A model generated the notes under the pieces. The model had not been told where the DNA came from, searched no databases, and worked only from the letters and a program-made list of their open reading frames with translations. The translations under genes and the position numbers were made by a program. A stretch of 64,000 nucleotides of DNA from Lama guanicoe (Eukaryota): positions 4,370,123 through 4,434,122 of the forward strand of contig MU053557.1 in the NCBI GenBank assembly GCA_013239625.1, given 5' to 3'. Shown piece by piece: positions 1-12,650 of the stretch. Positions within the stretch are counted from its first letter, which is position 1. The number at the start of each line of letters is the position of its first letter.

Positions 1-529
1 CAGAAGAGAGCAACAAGGGTTAATATACTTTGAAGGATGCTTTCCATTGACAGCATAATCTCTGCCAAATTCAGCCCTATGCTAATCCCTACTTCACAGA
101 CAGTGCAAATATAATTTGAAGGAGGAATTTTTGAAATACCTAAGAGAACAAACTTCCCAACCACTTTCAAGAACTTGAGAAATTCTTGTGTCTCGTGAGT
201 AAGACACACGGTGAGGCGAAAAGAGGCCCGAATTGGGATTCATGCAACTAGATTTCAGTTCTCAGCTCTTTCTCTCCCTGTCTCTGTTTCAAGCCGAGGA
301 AGGCAGTTTTCCTGTTTTCCTCAGCGGACCTCAGTTTGCTCCTCTGTAGAATAATGAGGCCAGTGCAGGTGGTCTCTAAGCTCTGCTTAGCTCTAAATTT
401 ATATAGCTGTTAGTTAAGAGGCTAATTAGAGACAGCAGTTTATGTTTCTAATTAGAATTGATGACATTTGTCATATAAATCATGGTCCAATGTCTTGGGG
501 GTGGTCAGGTTGCAAAAGAGAATGTTGTG

Positions 530-800
530 CATGATAACTGCTTTCAAATATTTAATGACCATCTAGGCAAAAGGAGCATATCTATTTTATATGAATATCA
601 TAAGGCAAGCAGTAGATTCCAGCTCAGGTGAAGGAAGACTTTTTCTAAGAGTGAAATCGGTTCTATATCAGAGTAATGAGTCTCCTGTCATTGGAAGCAT
701 TCAAGAGAAGTCCAAATAAAGGTCTGTGCACAATGAGGCACAAGGGGTTCCTACACAGAGTAGAGGCTAGACTAAGCTCCTTCCAAATCTGTGATTCTGT
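530..800 (+). mobile_element. CR1/L3 LINE 3' remnant
   Basis: Motifs 'ataactgctttcaaatattta', 'agattccagctcaggtgaaggaagacttt', 'gtaatgagtctcctgtcattggaagcattcaag' and terminal 'ccttccaaatctgtgattctgt' resemble the L3 3' end; boundaries approximate. Confidence 0.65.
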
Positions 801-1784
801 GTCCTTGAAAACAATAGACCTGAATGTTCTTAAAAAGTATTCAGACCATTCCCTAATTCCAGCTGGCCTTCTCCCCAGTTCCTCTGGATTTCAGAGGCTT
901 CACTGCATTCCTAACCAGGAAACCTCCCGGGGAAATCAGGATCTCAACAGTCTTTGGCCATGGAGGGAAATCCAGAAATAGAGCAATAAGGTTAAGCAGT
1001 TTTCCAAACTATTAGACCTTTTCATCAGCTGCTCTTCCCATGCCTTTTGCAAGTGACCTACTAACTCCCAGAGAGAGAATAATGAGAGCTGCAAAGTCCT
1101 CTCTGCAAAGGCTATTACATCCTTCTCCACCCTCAGGATCATTACACTTCCTGTGGTCTTTCCGTCACCCGCACAGGACAGGAAGGAAGGGAGGCAGGTC
1201 CCTAGCCAGCATGGGGAGCACTTCAGAGCTCTCTGGCACAAGATCCTGGAAACCTGAGGATTGTGTAGCCCACCATTAACCACTGGGCAACCTCAGGCAG
1301 GTCACTTCCCTCCCTCTAGACCTGTTTCATCATTTCTTTGCAGACGTGGTTTGGTTTACATAAGTCCTATGTCTCCTTCTTTGTCCAAAGTTCTGTAAGA
1401 TTTCAGGAAGTCTTCAGTGCTGCACATCTGGCTTCATGGCTTTTATTTTAAAAGCACATTTTTTTTCTTGTTAAAAACGTAATAGAACTTATTGTAAAAC
1501 ATTTAAAAATATATGAAAGCACAAAATGAGATAAATCACGTGTAACGTTACCACCTAGAGATAGCCGTTGTTAAATCTGATGTATATGCTTTCAGTCTTT
1601 GTTCTAAGCATGGCTATCTATACAAAAGGGTAGAATTTGTGTATTTTTAAATAAAAATGGAATTAGATTATTCATAGAATTTTGGACCCACTGATAATAC
1701 TTTAACAAATGCCTCCTTGAATATATTATTATGATCCAGATATCATAATTGCTACTGGTCTACTGGCCTGGCCGTAAGAGTATC

Positions 1785-1915
1785 CAGCAGTTTTCAGACT
1801 GCAGGAGAATCATCATTTCCAGAGCATATGGATTGGGAGATCTGAGCTGGGGCCCACGAATCTGCATTTTAGCGTATTCTCATGGGTTTTCCCCACGGAC
1901 CACATTTTGAAAAAT
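1785..1915. mobile_element. MER5A-like hAT-Charlie MITE
   Basis: 'gagctggggcccacgaatctgcattttagc...gaccacattttgaaaa' resembles the MER5A core. Confidence 0.65.
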
Positions 1916-2239
1916 AAGGTTACAGAGATAAATTTTGTAAATTAAACAGAAGGCTCCCTCTCCCCTTGTAGTGGATGAAAAAGATGTTTCTATACTGTAC
2001 TTGTCTCTTCAAAAGCATGCTGTCTGCACCTGGGCTCTTCCCTGCTTTCAGAGCATGGGAAACTAACCACTGAACCTCCAGGGCAGGGTTCCTTCTGCAT
2101 TGTTAAGTGCCTTTGACTCAGCCTGTTGACTTGTGTTAAAATAAGTCTATTCAAGTTATACAGTGACCAATACTCTCTATTTGAAAAGCGCAACAGCAGG
2201 TTTCTATTCCATAGAGCACCTCTTGTGATCATGCAGGCT

Positions 2240-2460
2240 AATAACTACAGTGTGCTTACCATGAACCAGGCCTTGTACTTGGCAATTCTCATGCATCATC
2301 TTATTTTGTACTCATAGCAACCCTACATAGTCAGCACACTTATATTAGTCCCCATTTTATAAATCAGGATACTGAGACTCAAAGGGGTTAACTAAGTTGC
2401 TAAAGATTACACAACAAACTGAAGTGAAACCCAGCTATTCTGAACCAGGGCCCATGTGCT
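2240..2460 (-). mobile_element. MIR SINE
   Basis: Core 'cccattttataaatcaggatactgagactcaaaggggttaactaagttgctaaagattacac' is the reverse-strand MIR core. Confidence 0.8.
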
Positions 2461-3649
2461 TTTCCACCAGGAGAGTCCATCTTTTCCCCTGTTGGGGATC
2501 AAGTGAAAGAGAAGGAAGGAGACAATAATGAGAGGAAATTTGTAATGGGTGCATTTTGTTTTATTCTTCATGGATTCTTTTCAGAGAGGTCCGATCAATT
2601 TCTGAGCCTTGGAACTAAGGGGCAAGCCCATGTCCCCTAGGTAGGCCGTGGCTAAGCATAAACTAGGAAACCAGATTGTGCTGAGGGCTGGCAGCACACT
2701 CGTTCGCCGTGACTCAGGCACAGTTTGAGTGAGCTTCACTGGCCAGGGCCTGGGAGGAGGCAGAGGAAGCTGCCTGCTAACAGCACATGGGTTTGTGCTG
2801 AGTCAAAGCACCACTTTCAGGTCAGGAAGCCCCTGATGTCTGGAAATGCTCTTCCCATTTCTCTGCCCAGGTCTGTGTCTGCTTCTGAGTCTTCACATCA
2901 GAGAATATCAGGATGGGACCGGCACTGAGTGAGCGCATACCTCCTTAGTGTACTAAAAAACCCCAGGTTCCAACAGGCAAGGTCGGTGGCAAGGTAATAC
3001 AAGAGCCAAGAGATAACCACCTCTCCTGGCTTGTTTTATTATTATTTTTCTAGTGCAAAGAGGGCAGAAACTGTAGTTTCTGAATGTTTCATTTCTCCAG
3101 GAAGAGAAAACAGGTTTTGAAATCACAGCAGCAACACCCATGACACTGCAGCACTGGAGTCCTAGGTCATTCCTGCTTTCTTTTTGACTGCACTATATTG
3201 GCTTTGCAACCTCGGGCCTTGTGCCCAGAAGCCACAACTGCCATTGGGGAGCTTCCTTTGTTATTAGACCATTCTGTCTCTATTCCACTGCTTAGTGTTT
3301 CTCTTCGTAAAAATTGTAGCAAGCATTTCTAAATATTACAATCAACCCTGACAACCTGTTAGGTTTTTATTGTTTTGTTTTGTTTGAGAGGGACCCACAG
3401 TTCTCAAAATATATATTGCAACAGTACAGTCTGCTCTGTTCACAAATATTCAGACTTCCCTTCTTGCTTCACTTCCCATAGTGTCTTTCTATAAATCCAA
3501 GTGCTCATCTAGCATCTTCAACCTAAGAGAACCAAGAGTCAACCACAAGGACCTGAGGTGGGCAGCCTTAGAAATCTCGTTTCATAAAATTGTGGAAGAG
3601 TTAGTGGTGTCAGTTTAGGTATGAGTTTCTTGACATTGACTTATGTTAT

Positions 3650-3835
3650 TGTGGTGGGTCCCAAAATTTACAGAGCCCAAAAACGACTTGGGGGAACATC
3701 TGAAAAATGCACATTCCTGACCTCCATCCCTGACAGTCTTCAGGACTGGGCTGGGGGCCAGCAGTCTGCATTTTGTCATAACTTCCCCAGAGGACTGTGA
3801 TGAAGGTGCTCTTAGGACTGCAGTTTGGGGACCTA
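3650..3835. mobile_element. MER5A-like MITE
   Basis: 'caggactgggctggggccagcagtctgcattttg...cagtttgggga' resembles MER5A. Confidence 0.7.
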
Positions 3836-4724
3836 GACATCACACTGTCTTCCCCTCCTCTCTCTTCAGGCTCAAGAGCACAAAATGTAGGCATGGAAAA
3901 AATGACCCTGTACAGCTGCTTGTGTTCACAAAAATAATTGTTCTGTCAAATAAACAGAATCCTAATTTCTCCATGTAATCAAATAAAACAATGTAGATGA
4001 AAATAATTTATAAATGATAAAATTTACTATGAAAGATGAAGGTAAGAATAAAATGCCTTGAGCAGTTAGGCATTTGATTGAAAATATATTTTGTGACAAC
4101 ATGGAATCCACACAGTTATACACCTTAACAGCATCATTGTCTCCTAGTCCCAGACCCTCTGCCTATAGACCAGGAAATAGCAACACAGGAAGAAAAAGAG
4201 ATTTTTGTTGCAGGGATGGATTCTTTGTCCAATGCTCCATCCTCCTGGACACTCTGCTATGATTATGTCAAATCATACTAACGTCTATCTGAATCAATTT
4301 GCCTAATTTACATAAACCCTCCTACTTAGAAATCTGACAGGGATCCGCCCAGCTGCAGAGAAGAGTGATTCATACATATACATACTCCTCCATAGATGCA
4401 CACGCCTAAATAAACACACACAGACTTTCACATTGATGCCTACACCCATATCAACACAAATATATACACATGCATTTCACGTAGATGTGTGGACACATCT
4501 GTGTTCTTTTTGTATACTCGCATATGAATATGTACACATGTATAGGGAACAGATGTATTTAACATAAACATTTTCCCTTAGATAAAAACACAGAGTCCTA
4601 AGCACACTTTTGTATGCTCCAACTGAGCAAACAAGCCATGTCATGTAGTCATGGTCCCATGCTACCTAAGTACACACAGGTTCCTTCCTATCTGGCCCTT
4701 CTTTCTAGTTAAGTATATACACAC

Positions 4725-5160
4725 TTGATTCAATACATGGCTGTTGAGCTCTTACTTACTGCCAGGAACTGTTAGGTGCTGAAGATCAGTGAGTGAAAGA
4801 AAAAAAAAAAGTAATTCTTAGAGGTCAGTAAAGGTTTCTCCAAAGAAGGTTTCAGCTGAGAGATGAAGGATGGCTAGGTAATTTGTAGAAAAGGAGAGGA
4901 GGGAAGAACATACCACTCAAGGAGAAAAGTACGTACAAATGTCCTGTGGTAAGAGGAAACCTTGTGCTTAAGAAGGACTAAGCAAAGGTCAGTGTAGAGA
5001 AGGTATCCAGAGAGAGAGAGAGCGAGAGAGAGCTTAGCAGGAGCCACACAGGAAGGGCCTTTTAAGCTACATCAGGATTTGGGTCTTTATCCTAAAAGCA
5101 TTTAAGAGCCATTGATATGTTTACAGCAGACATCAGATTTGTATTTTGAGGGATTATCTC
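4725..5160 (-). mobile_element. L2 LINE fragment
   Basis: 'ttgagctcttacttactgccaggaactgttaggtgctgaagat', 'cagctgagagatgaaggatg' and 'ggatttgggtctttatcctaaaagca' are typical reverse-strand L2 3' sequence; includes a (GA)n run near 5010-5032. Confidence 0.75.
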
Positions 5161-7627
5161 TGAAGATATGCCTACCCATAAAAAAGCATTCTTACATAGG
5201 TAAGTGCACACATATAGGTTCTTATGTGTTTTCCTAGAAATGCATATTTACATACAGGTATTCACTTGCAAACTCTGCCTCTGTGAATACACCCCTATGT
5301 ATTTATATATGTGGTGTACATAAATCCAGTAGGCATTAGAAGGCAGGGAAACACCCTCCTTGTTGGGTACCATTAGACCTAACTAAGCCAGTCAGTGGTG
5401 TAGGGACAAGGGAAGTGGTGTATCAAACCCTGACCCTCAGAATTTGGAGCTTTGGTTTTGTGGCTTGGCCTCATTCCTGTGCCTCCAGCTCTGCTCTCTC
5501 TTCTCTTGGCTGAGAGCACTCAGTGACAAGGTGGGGTTTCTTCCAGAACACGATCATTGGCTATTCTTGGCCCAGGCAAGGAGGAGAGGATGGAAAGGAT
5601 GGGTTGCAGGTTGCATAAAGATTGCCTTGTGCCCTCCCAGAATTGTAAGCAAAGACTCTACCCAGTTCCAAGCCTGGAGTAGTCTTTGCCTAGAGTCAGC
5701 AATACTGAGATGTAAACGTAAAGACGGACAATCAGAAGTCTGCGGGTCCTGATGGGGACTGTGGTGGGACTTGAAGTAGTGCACTCTGCAAGTAACCACT
5801 GCATGAAATGAGACGCTAGGGGAAGAAAAAGAGAAAGCCTGGCAGGAAAGCCTTTTCAAGGCAAGATGTCTGACTTACTGCTCCCTTACTGCTCCGGTAC
5901 AGAAAACACATGTACACACATATTATTAATTTCCCTTCAGTGGGTGTACCATCTCATAGCAGAGGAAGTAGCAAGTAATTAATCAGACACAACACCCTGC
6001 ATTATTTTCTCTCCAATGAACTAGAATTACATGTGTGTACCTTTTACTCTTGTTTACCAGCAAAGCCAGCAAGGGCTTTAATCAGAGCCTGTGACAGACT
6101 CCAGGAAGATCAACAGAAACATTCATGGAGAATTAGCCTACTGAGAGCCTTACATCTTTGGGCCTTACGGGCGTTCCCAAATGATTTTTTTTTATTCTAG
6201 AGACTCCTACCCACTGAGACTTTATGTTTTCAAATGTGTGCTTGCCAAATGTTTTCCTCCATAATTAAAAGGAATTGTGTAATGTAATTTGAAGCTCTTT
6301 TTATTTTGCACCAGCCTGTGTAAGGAACACCCTCTTTTCTTTCAGCTGGATGCTTTTTTATGCTATCCTGGCCCCAAACTACCAGATGCAACAAGAGCTA
6401 AAGACCACAGCACTGTGCTCCTGGGGCTACTGTTATAACAATCTTTCATAATGACCCAGCACTTGGCAGTTTACTAAAGGTTTTACATCTGCCATCTTAT
6501 CTAATCCTCACCACTCAGAGGTCAGTGTGGTTGTTCCCTTTTCACAGAAAGACTGATGTTAAAAACTTGCCTAAAGGCAGGGCCCTAATACATGGTACTT
6601 GAGCTTAGATCTTCATACTCATACACAGAAGACAACACAAGTTCTTCCACTCTGCTAACCTCCTAGGACCTGGATCTCTTCTCACTGTACTTCTCTGTTT
6701 TCTGCTGCATTTTATCTTAGAAACGCCCCAGCACTGAAGCCACAGCTGCCAAGCTACAGATAAGTGACTGCCAGCTCCAGGGACAATCCCCAAGATGCTT
6801 TCAATACTGACAAGCCCCAAGCTTGAGCTGGGAGTGGGCAGCACCGGAACTGTCAACTAAGGCTTAGAGCAGGAGCTCCAAGCCTCCAGGTTCCTCAGCT
6901 CAGTCACCAGATGCACTTTCAGCAAGTCAGAGCTATGGGATCATGTGTCCTGCTTCCCATACCTGCCCTGCTGGCAGCTCAGAGCTCCACTGAGGCTGTC
7001 CTTGTTCACACAGCCTAATTCGTCCTGGATCAGGATGCTCCTGTGGGAAGACTCAGTGTGATTTGCTGCCCCAATCCCACACCCATTGGGCCACAGCCCA
7101 GCCTGCTTTTAAGGGCCAAGTTCCACACCTTGATAAAAATTGCAGGCTCCAGGAAGTATTTCAGCTTCTTGAAAATGGTTTGTGTTTGGTTGAAATTATT
7201 TTAGTCAGAGCAATTAGATGTTCTTGTTTTATACACACATCGTCCAAAGGAACTGCCTTCAGGACTGGTGAACGGTACTTAATGGATCTGGGAAAGCTTG
7301 TGGTGGATGACAAATCCCAACCACAAGAAAAGCTCCCATTGGCCATCTCTTCTCCTCGGAGTATCAGCTTATTTGGTTTTCTTAGCTTTCTAAGCAATAC
7401 GTGACTAATTTGTTCATTCATTCACTCTAAAGATGTTTGAACACTTACATATGCCAGAACCTGGGATACAGCCATGACTGAAGTGGACATGGTTGGTCAC
7501 TGTTTTTGTTTATTTGTTTGTTTCTTATGGTCTAATGGAAAAGACAATGAAAAGGGAATTGTAAGTGGTATCTGGATCAAGTTCCCTAACACTCACACCA
7601 GAGAAACTTAAATATACCTATGAAAAG

Positions 7628-7853
7628 TTTTTTTGTTTTCTGTCATCAACCTTTTTATTTAGTTTAGTAAATGCTAGAATATAAATACATAACAATATGC
7701 CCCTTCTTATCATGAGAAGTCATTTATATAACTAAAATTCATGGCCAATATTTTATATAACAAAACAACACAAAAGAAAAAATCTGCAAATTATCAGAAA
7801 AGGAGCAAGGATGTCAGAAAATTATACATTTTATGTAAATTAAAGAGGACAGT
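7628..7853 (-). pseudogene. Possible short retrocopy of an AU-rich mRNA 3' end
   Basis: On the minus strand: UTR-like AU-rich sequence, AATAAA (plus tttatt 7654-7659), A-rich tail (plus T-run 7628-7639); candidate TSD tacctatgaaaa (7615-7626) / taccatgaaaa (7854-7864). Confidence 0.35.
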
Positions 7854-8187
7854 TACCATGAAAATCCATCACTTTCCTAACTGGATTTTACAGAATAAAG
7901 TCAATACGTATGCATATTATTCTGTGAACTGCTCTGAGTACATAAAATTGGCTTCTAGATTTTGCCAGTATATTCAGGAAGATAGCTGATATCTGTCAAT
8001 CTCAGACTAGTCTCAAATCATCTATAAAAATATTACTATCATCTCTTTAAAAATGTCTCAAGGAAAATCAGAGTTGGTTGTAGCTCACAAGATTATCAAT
8101 TGTCTCTAACGTGGTCCTTCTCTGGAATACTGCGCCCAGTACTGAGGCCCACAGTTTTCAAGGGAAGGAGGGCATTTGGGGCCCTTT

Positions 8188-8381
8188 TGGGCTTGCCAGA
8201 TTTAGCAAATAAAAATACAAGACATCCAGTTAAATTTGAATTTCAGATAAGCAACAATTTCTTTTTCATATAAGTATGTCCCAAATATTGCACAGAATAT
8301 GCTTACACCAAAAAAAAAAATCACTGTTTATCTGAAATCCAAATTTAACTGGGCATCCTGTATTTTAATCTGATAGTCCTA
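8188..8381. mobile_element. MER53 palindromic hAT MITE, inserted in a CR1/L3 remnant
   Basis: 'gggcttgccagatttagcaaataaaaatacaagacatccagttaaatttgaatttcagataa' and the inverted arm 'ttatctgaaatccaaatttaactgggcatcctgtatttt'. Confidence 0.9.
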
Positions 8382-8511
8382 TTAGAGAACCAGAGGGAAG
8401 GTAGTGAGGAAACCCAAAACTTTGTCTCAAAATGAATAGTTGAAGGAGCCTGGCTTTTTAGCTTGGAGACAGTAGTAAGAACCTAGATTTGGGTAGGGAA
8501 GCATTTTCCCA

Positions 8512-8845
8512 ACAGTGTTTCTAATAGTATATATGAAAAATAGTAAAAGGTACACTGAGAGAAACAAAAAGGTTTTGAGGTCAAAAGTTTGGGAGGTCGA
8601 ATGTTTGGGAAACACTGCATGCCCAGTATTTCCATTTTGGGATTCACATTCTGCAATAGCGTAGTAAACATTTTGAGCAGCCTTGCAGGAAACATATCTG
8701 GTTGACCTGGTTTAACTTAGCATGCTTACAGAATGCTATTTATGGGCTTTTGTCTGTTTGTTTTGATATATTTGTTTTATAGAGGACACCTATTAACACC
8801 GTGCAAACTTACAGCTCTGCTCAGCACACTTTGGGGAACACTGAT
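8512..8845. mobile_element. hAT-Charlie non-autonomous element (Charlie4-like)
   Basis: Termini 'cagtgtttct' / 'ttggggaacactg'; internal 'gtttgggaaacactgcat...gattcacattctgcaatagc...gtttaacttagc'. Diverged relative of the element at ~62220-62510. Confidence 0.6.
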
Positions 8846-9559
8846 ACAAAAAATGAAAGTTGTCTTTAAATACCCAGAGTCCTGCTGGGTAGGGAGGAAG
8901 CAGATTAAATCTTTGTAAACCAAAGGGCAGATCTGGATCCAATGCATGGACACATCTAGGAGGCAGATTTTTGACCCAATTTGAAGATCAGAACTTTCTA
9001 ACAAGTACAAGAGTCTGAAAGGTAATGAGCTCCCTGTTCCTGGAAATTAAGGAGTAAATAAAAATGCCATCAGGGACTTTAGAGGAAATTCATATTCTGT
9101 GTAGGAAACGCTCTGAGTCTGCTACGAAAGGTATATTTGCATAAAACACAGAAGAGCAAACATTCCTTAAAACTTTGTCCCATGTTCTATATCCTTTCTG
9201 CAACCTGAGGCCATCCCTCTTGGATTCACTCTTACTGTGTTCCTTTCATGCCTATGAGCCAGATCCTTCAAGATTAGTCCTTAGAAGTTAACGGTCTTTG
9301 TTCTAATCTGGGTCTCTTCATACCCAAGCCTAGGTACCTTGGGTATTGGCTGTCGGGAACCCCACCCTGAACCTCTGGGAGGGGCTTATAAACCTGAGTT
9401 GTAGCACAGAGCTCACAGATGAGCTTAGCAGCCCAGAAGAGGATGGGCTCTGGAGCAACCCAGCCCCATACCCCTCCAGCCCCATACCCCTCCAGAACTG
9501 TGAGACTGTCCTATACAGTGTCCACGGTGCAGAAGACCACCACATGGCTAAGTTGCCCG

Positions 9560-9800
9560 GCATGATAAAAGACAACAGAGAGTCAAATCCCAGGTCTACT
9601 CCTTCCTGAGTCTATGAACTGGACAAAATGTTTAAACCTCTCTAAGCTGCATTCCCCTCTGTCAAAACAAAAAACAGAAACAGGAATGACGGTACCTGTA
9701 TCATAGTTTGATGAAAATTAAAAGAGATTAAAAGTACATAAATGACCCAGCAGAGTGTCTGGTACACAGTGGACATTCAGTAAGTGTTTATTTAATGGAC
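9560..9800 (+). mobile_element. MIR SINE
   Basis: 'gagtcaaatcccaggtctact...tttaaacctctctaagctgcattcccctctgtcaaa...agtgtctggtacacagtggacattcagtaagtgtt'. Confidence 0.75.
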
Positions 9801-11599
9801 GGCTGTGATTGTTATCATCATGGTAAAAACTTACAAAAAAGTTAAAAGACTTCTCGAGAAACTCACTAATCAGTGTACCAGGATTTCAGGCACCAGCCAA
9901 AGTAATATACTGGAAACTGTCTAGATCTCTAACGTCTTCCTTTTCAGAATCCATGCTTAAGAATATAAAGTAATGCATCTATACTGAAGATCACACTTTT
10001 CCTGCCAGCAGTGCTGGGGCCAGGGCTAAAAAGAGCATTGCACGTGCCCTGGTTCTTGGTTTAAGTGACTGCAACTTCACCCATTCTGGAGTCCAGTCCC
10101 TGTTTGTAAAATAAAGAGGTTGGACTAGGATAGCTTCTAGGTTCCATAAGCTGTGCCTTTGACATGGGGTCGTGATGCAGATATTTAATCGATCCATAGT
10201 ATTTAATGAAAGAAAAGACCTTGCCACTGTACTAAAGCTGTGTGTGTGTGTGAGCACATGTTTGTGCACATGGCAACACAAAGTATATACAGGGTGCTTT
10301 AAAATCACTTTAACTGCTTATTAGTAGGTTTGGCAAATAAAGAGTTAGACCCAGAATCAGTTGTGAAGGAGTGAGATGAGCTCTGAGCTCAGAATGGGGA
10401 GAACTGGGTTCGAGTCCCAGACCTGACTCTGCCAGCAAAACTTGTCTCTCCATATCCAGGGAGTGACACTAACCTCCCTTTCCCACCTTTGCCTCCCCAT
10501 CTTTCACGTGAGGGCTTGGTTCCAGGATCTCCAAGCTCTGTGTCTCTTGGGAAAATGTCTCTGATCTATTTTTGCTTGGATTTGCATGCTCTCCACAAGG
10601 ATTATCTTCTGTCTGACTTAAGTTTTGCTTTTTTCTTTTGTTTAACCTGCTCTGGTTTCATAACACAAGCTCTACAGCCAATTTTAGCCCTTCCTGGATT
10701 ATGGGAGTGTCAAAATGAAGGTATTGGAGCATTTGTCACAGTTTCTGTGCAGGATCCTTGTCTTCCCCCTTCCCCACCCCGCCCCACCCCTGACGCTCCC
10801 TTCCATTCTGGCCCAGGCAAGATCCCTCCCCCTCCCTGGATGACAAGCTAAGTGTAGCCTGGTTTTCACATTAGCTGAGTGGAGGCCCTGAAGTCAGAAA
10901 TCTTTGGCACATGAGTCACTTTGTCTCTTTGTGCCTCATTTCCCCCAACTATAAATAGGCGGAGTCCTGCACTTTCTGGTCCCCCCGTGTGTGCGGGCCC
11001 TCCGTGGAGGTGGTTTTGTGCAGATGAGGTGTCCCTTTCTCACTGGCAGGTCTCTACCTAATATCACAATCCAGGGTGATTCTCCAGGAAACAATGTGTC
11101 TCTCTGTGTCTCTGCTTCTGCTTGTGGCCCCCTCTACACCTTCTTCATCACTGTCTGAATGAACTTTCCAATACACAGGAGTCAGCTTTTGCTGAAAAGC
11201 CTTCAGTGGCTCCCTACTACCTTCAGGATAAAGGCTTCAGCAGGTGAGTTGACAAGGAAGCACGGTGGAGACTCACGTTGGGAACTAATGATGTGCACCA
11301 GCTGATACCAGCCCAGAGCATATCCCTTTATTCCATCCTGTGAGGTGCACGGCAGCATGCCGGGAATAAATGGAGGAGTAAGACTTGGGTCCTGGGTTTA
11401 AGAAGCTTACATACTTTTACCAGAGGTTAACAGGTATACAAAAATAATAACGTTTTTATTTTTTAAGTACTGTCAGTGGTCTTAGAAATCGCTGACCTTG
11501 CCCTATTGCCTCATTTTGCAGTAGTGGAAACTGATGTCACAGAATTGGCAAATTGTAAGAAGACATGTCTTAGAATAGGTTTGCCGGCTTCTACTCTGC

Positions 11600-12110
11600 C
11601 TCTGTCACCAGGAGCCTATCTCCACTCTGCAGCCAGAGTTATCTTTTTAAGGGGCCTGTGACCTTGTCACGCCTCCAGGGAAAGCTCTCTGTGGCCCCCA
11701 CTGCAGCTGCAGTCGAAGCTGAGCTTCCCTGGCCTATGTGCCTGGTGTGGTCAGGTCCCTGCAACCTTGATGTTCCGTCTGACGGGAATGCTCTTCTCCC
11801 AGACCTGCAGGCTTTTTGTTTGTCATTCAGTCACAACTCTAAATTTAGACACCTCCTCAGGGCTGCCCTCCCTGACCAAACGTGCAAGGCTGATGCATGA
11901 CCCTGTCACTCTCCTTCCCATCCCCCTGATGGGATGCAATCATAGCTTGAACCACCATCCACATCATGTTGCTCATGTACTTATTTTTCTTTATAATCTG
12001 TGTCCACTTACTGCAGGGGAGCTGAGATTTGCCTCTACTTTAGTGTCCACCACACAGCTGGCTCATGGTTGATTATGAGAAATATTTGCTGAATTACTAA
12101 ACAAACAAAT
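11600..12110 (+). mobile_element. L2 LINE 3' fragment
   Basis: 'ctccactctgcagccagagttatcttttta' through the terminal 'aaatatttgctgaatt...aaatgaa'. Confidence 0.7.
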
Positions 12111-12119
12111 GAACATATA

Positions 12120-12650
12120 TTGAAGGAAATTTGAAAATGCAGAATAGTATAAAGAAGCAAATAAAAATTACTCATACTTTCCTCTTGTGGGTATTATACT
12201 TCTGTTAATATTTTGGAGTTCTCTTTTTTTCAGGTCTTTTTTTTCTATGTATATGATAGACGGTATATATTTAAAAATTAAGGCTGCCTCTCTCACTCCC
12301 TCATCTTTGGAGACAGCCTGCACTCTGTCTATGGAGTGTGTATCTACTTTTACTTGAGCACCCAACCCCCACACCTCATGGCCTACCTCTTGCTTTCTGA
12401 AACAGCCTACACTCTATAGTATGCATCTTTCTAAATAAATCTACCTTTACTCAAAAAAATAAAATAAGATTATTCTAAGTTATGGTTTATCTCCTGCTTT
12501 TTTAAACTTATCTTTATATTGTATTTCCACATGTTATAAAATAATCTTTTAAAATACTATTTTCACTGCTGCATAAAATTTCATATGAATGTATCAAAAT
12601 TAATTTAAGCTTTTCCCTATTGTTGGACAATGATAGTTTAATTTTTTTCT
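12120..12650 (-). mobile_element. Old L1 (L1ME-type) 3' remnant, interrupted by the 12283-12460 insertion
   Basis: AT-rich 'gaaatttgaaaatgcagaatagtataaagaag...ctgttaatattttgg...ctgcataaaatttcat...ttccctattgttggaca' is typical of L1ME 3'UTRs. Confidence 0.6.
12283..12460 (+). mobile_element. Poly(A)-tailed LTR U3/R-like fragment (probable L1-retroposed ERV RNA end)
   Basis: LTR-like 'cagcctgcactctgtctatggagtgtgtatct', AATAAA at 12434-12439, A-tail from 12453; imperfect TSD aaaattaag (12274-12282) / aaaataag (12461-12468). Confidence 0.5.

Noticed and set aside
9461..9495. 16-bp tandem duplication (similar short ones at 30023-30058 and about 52798-52827)
   Set aside because: Ordinary two-copy slippage duplications with no spacers or array structure; not CRISPR-like.
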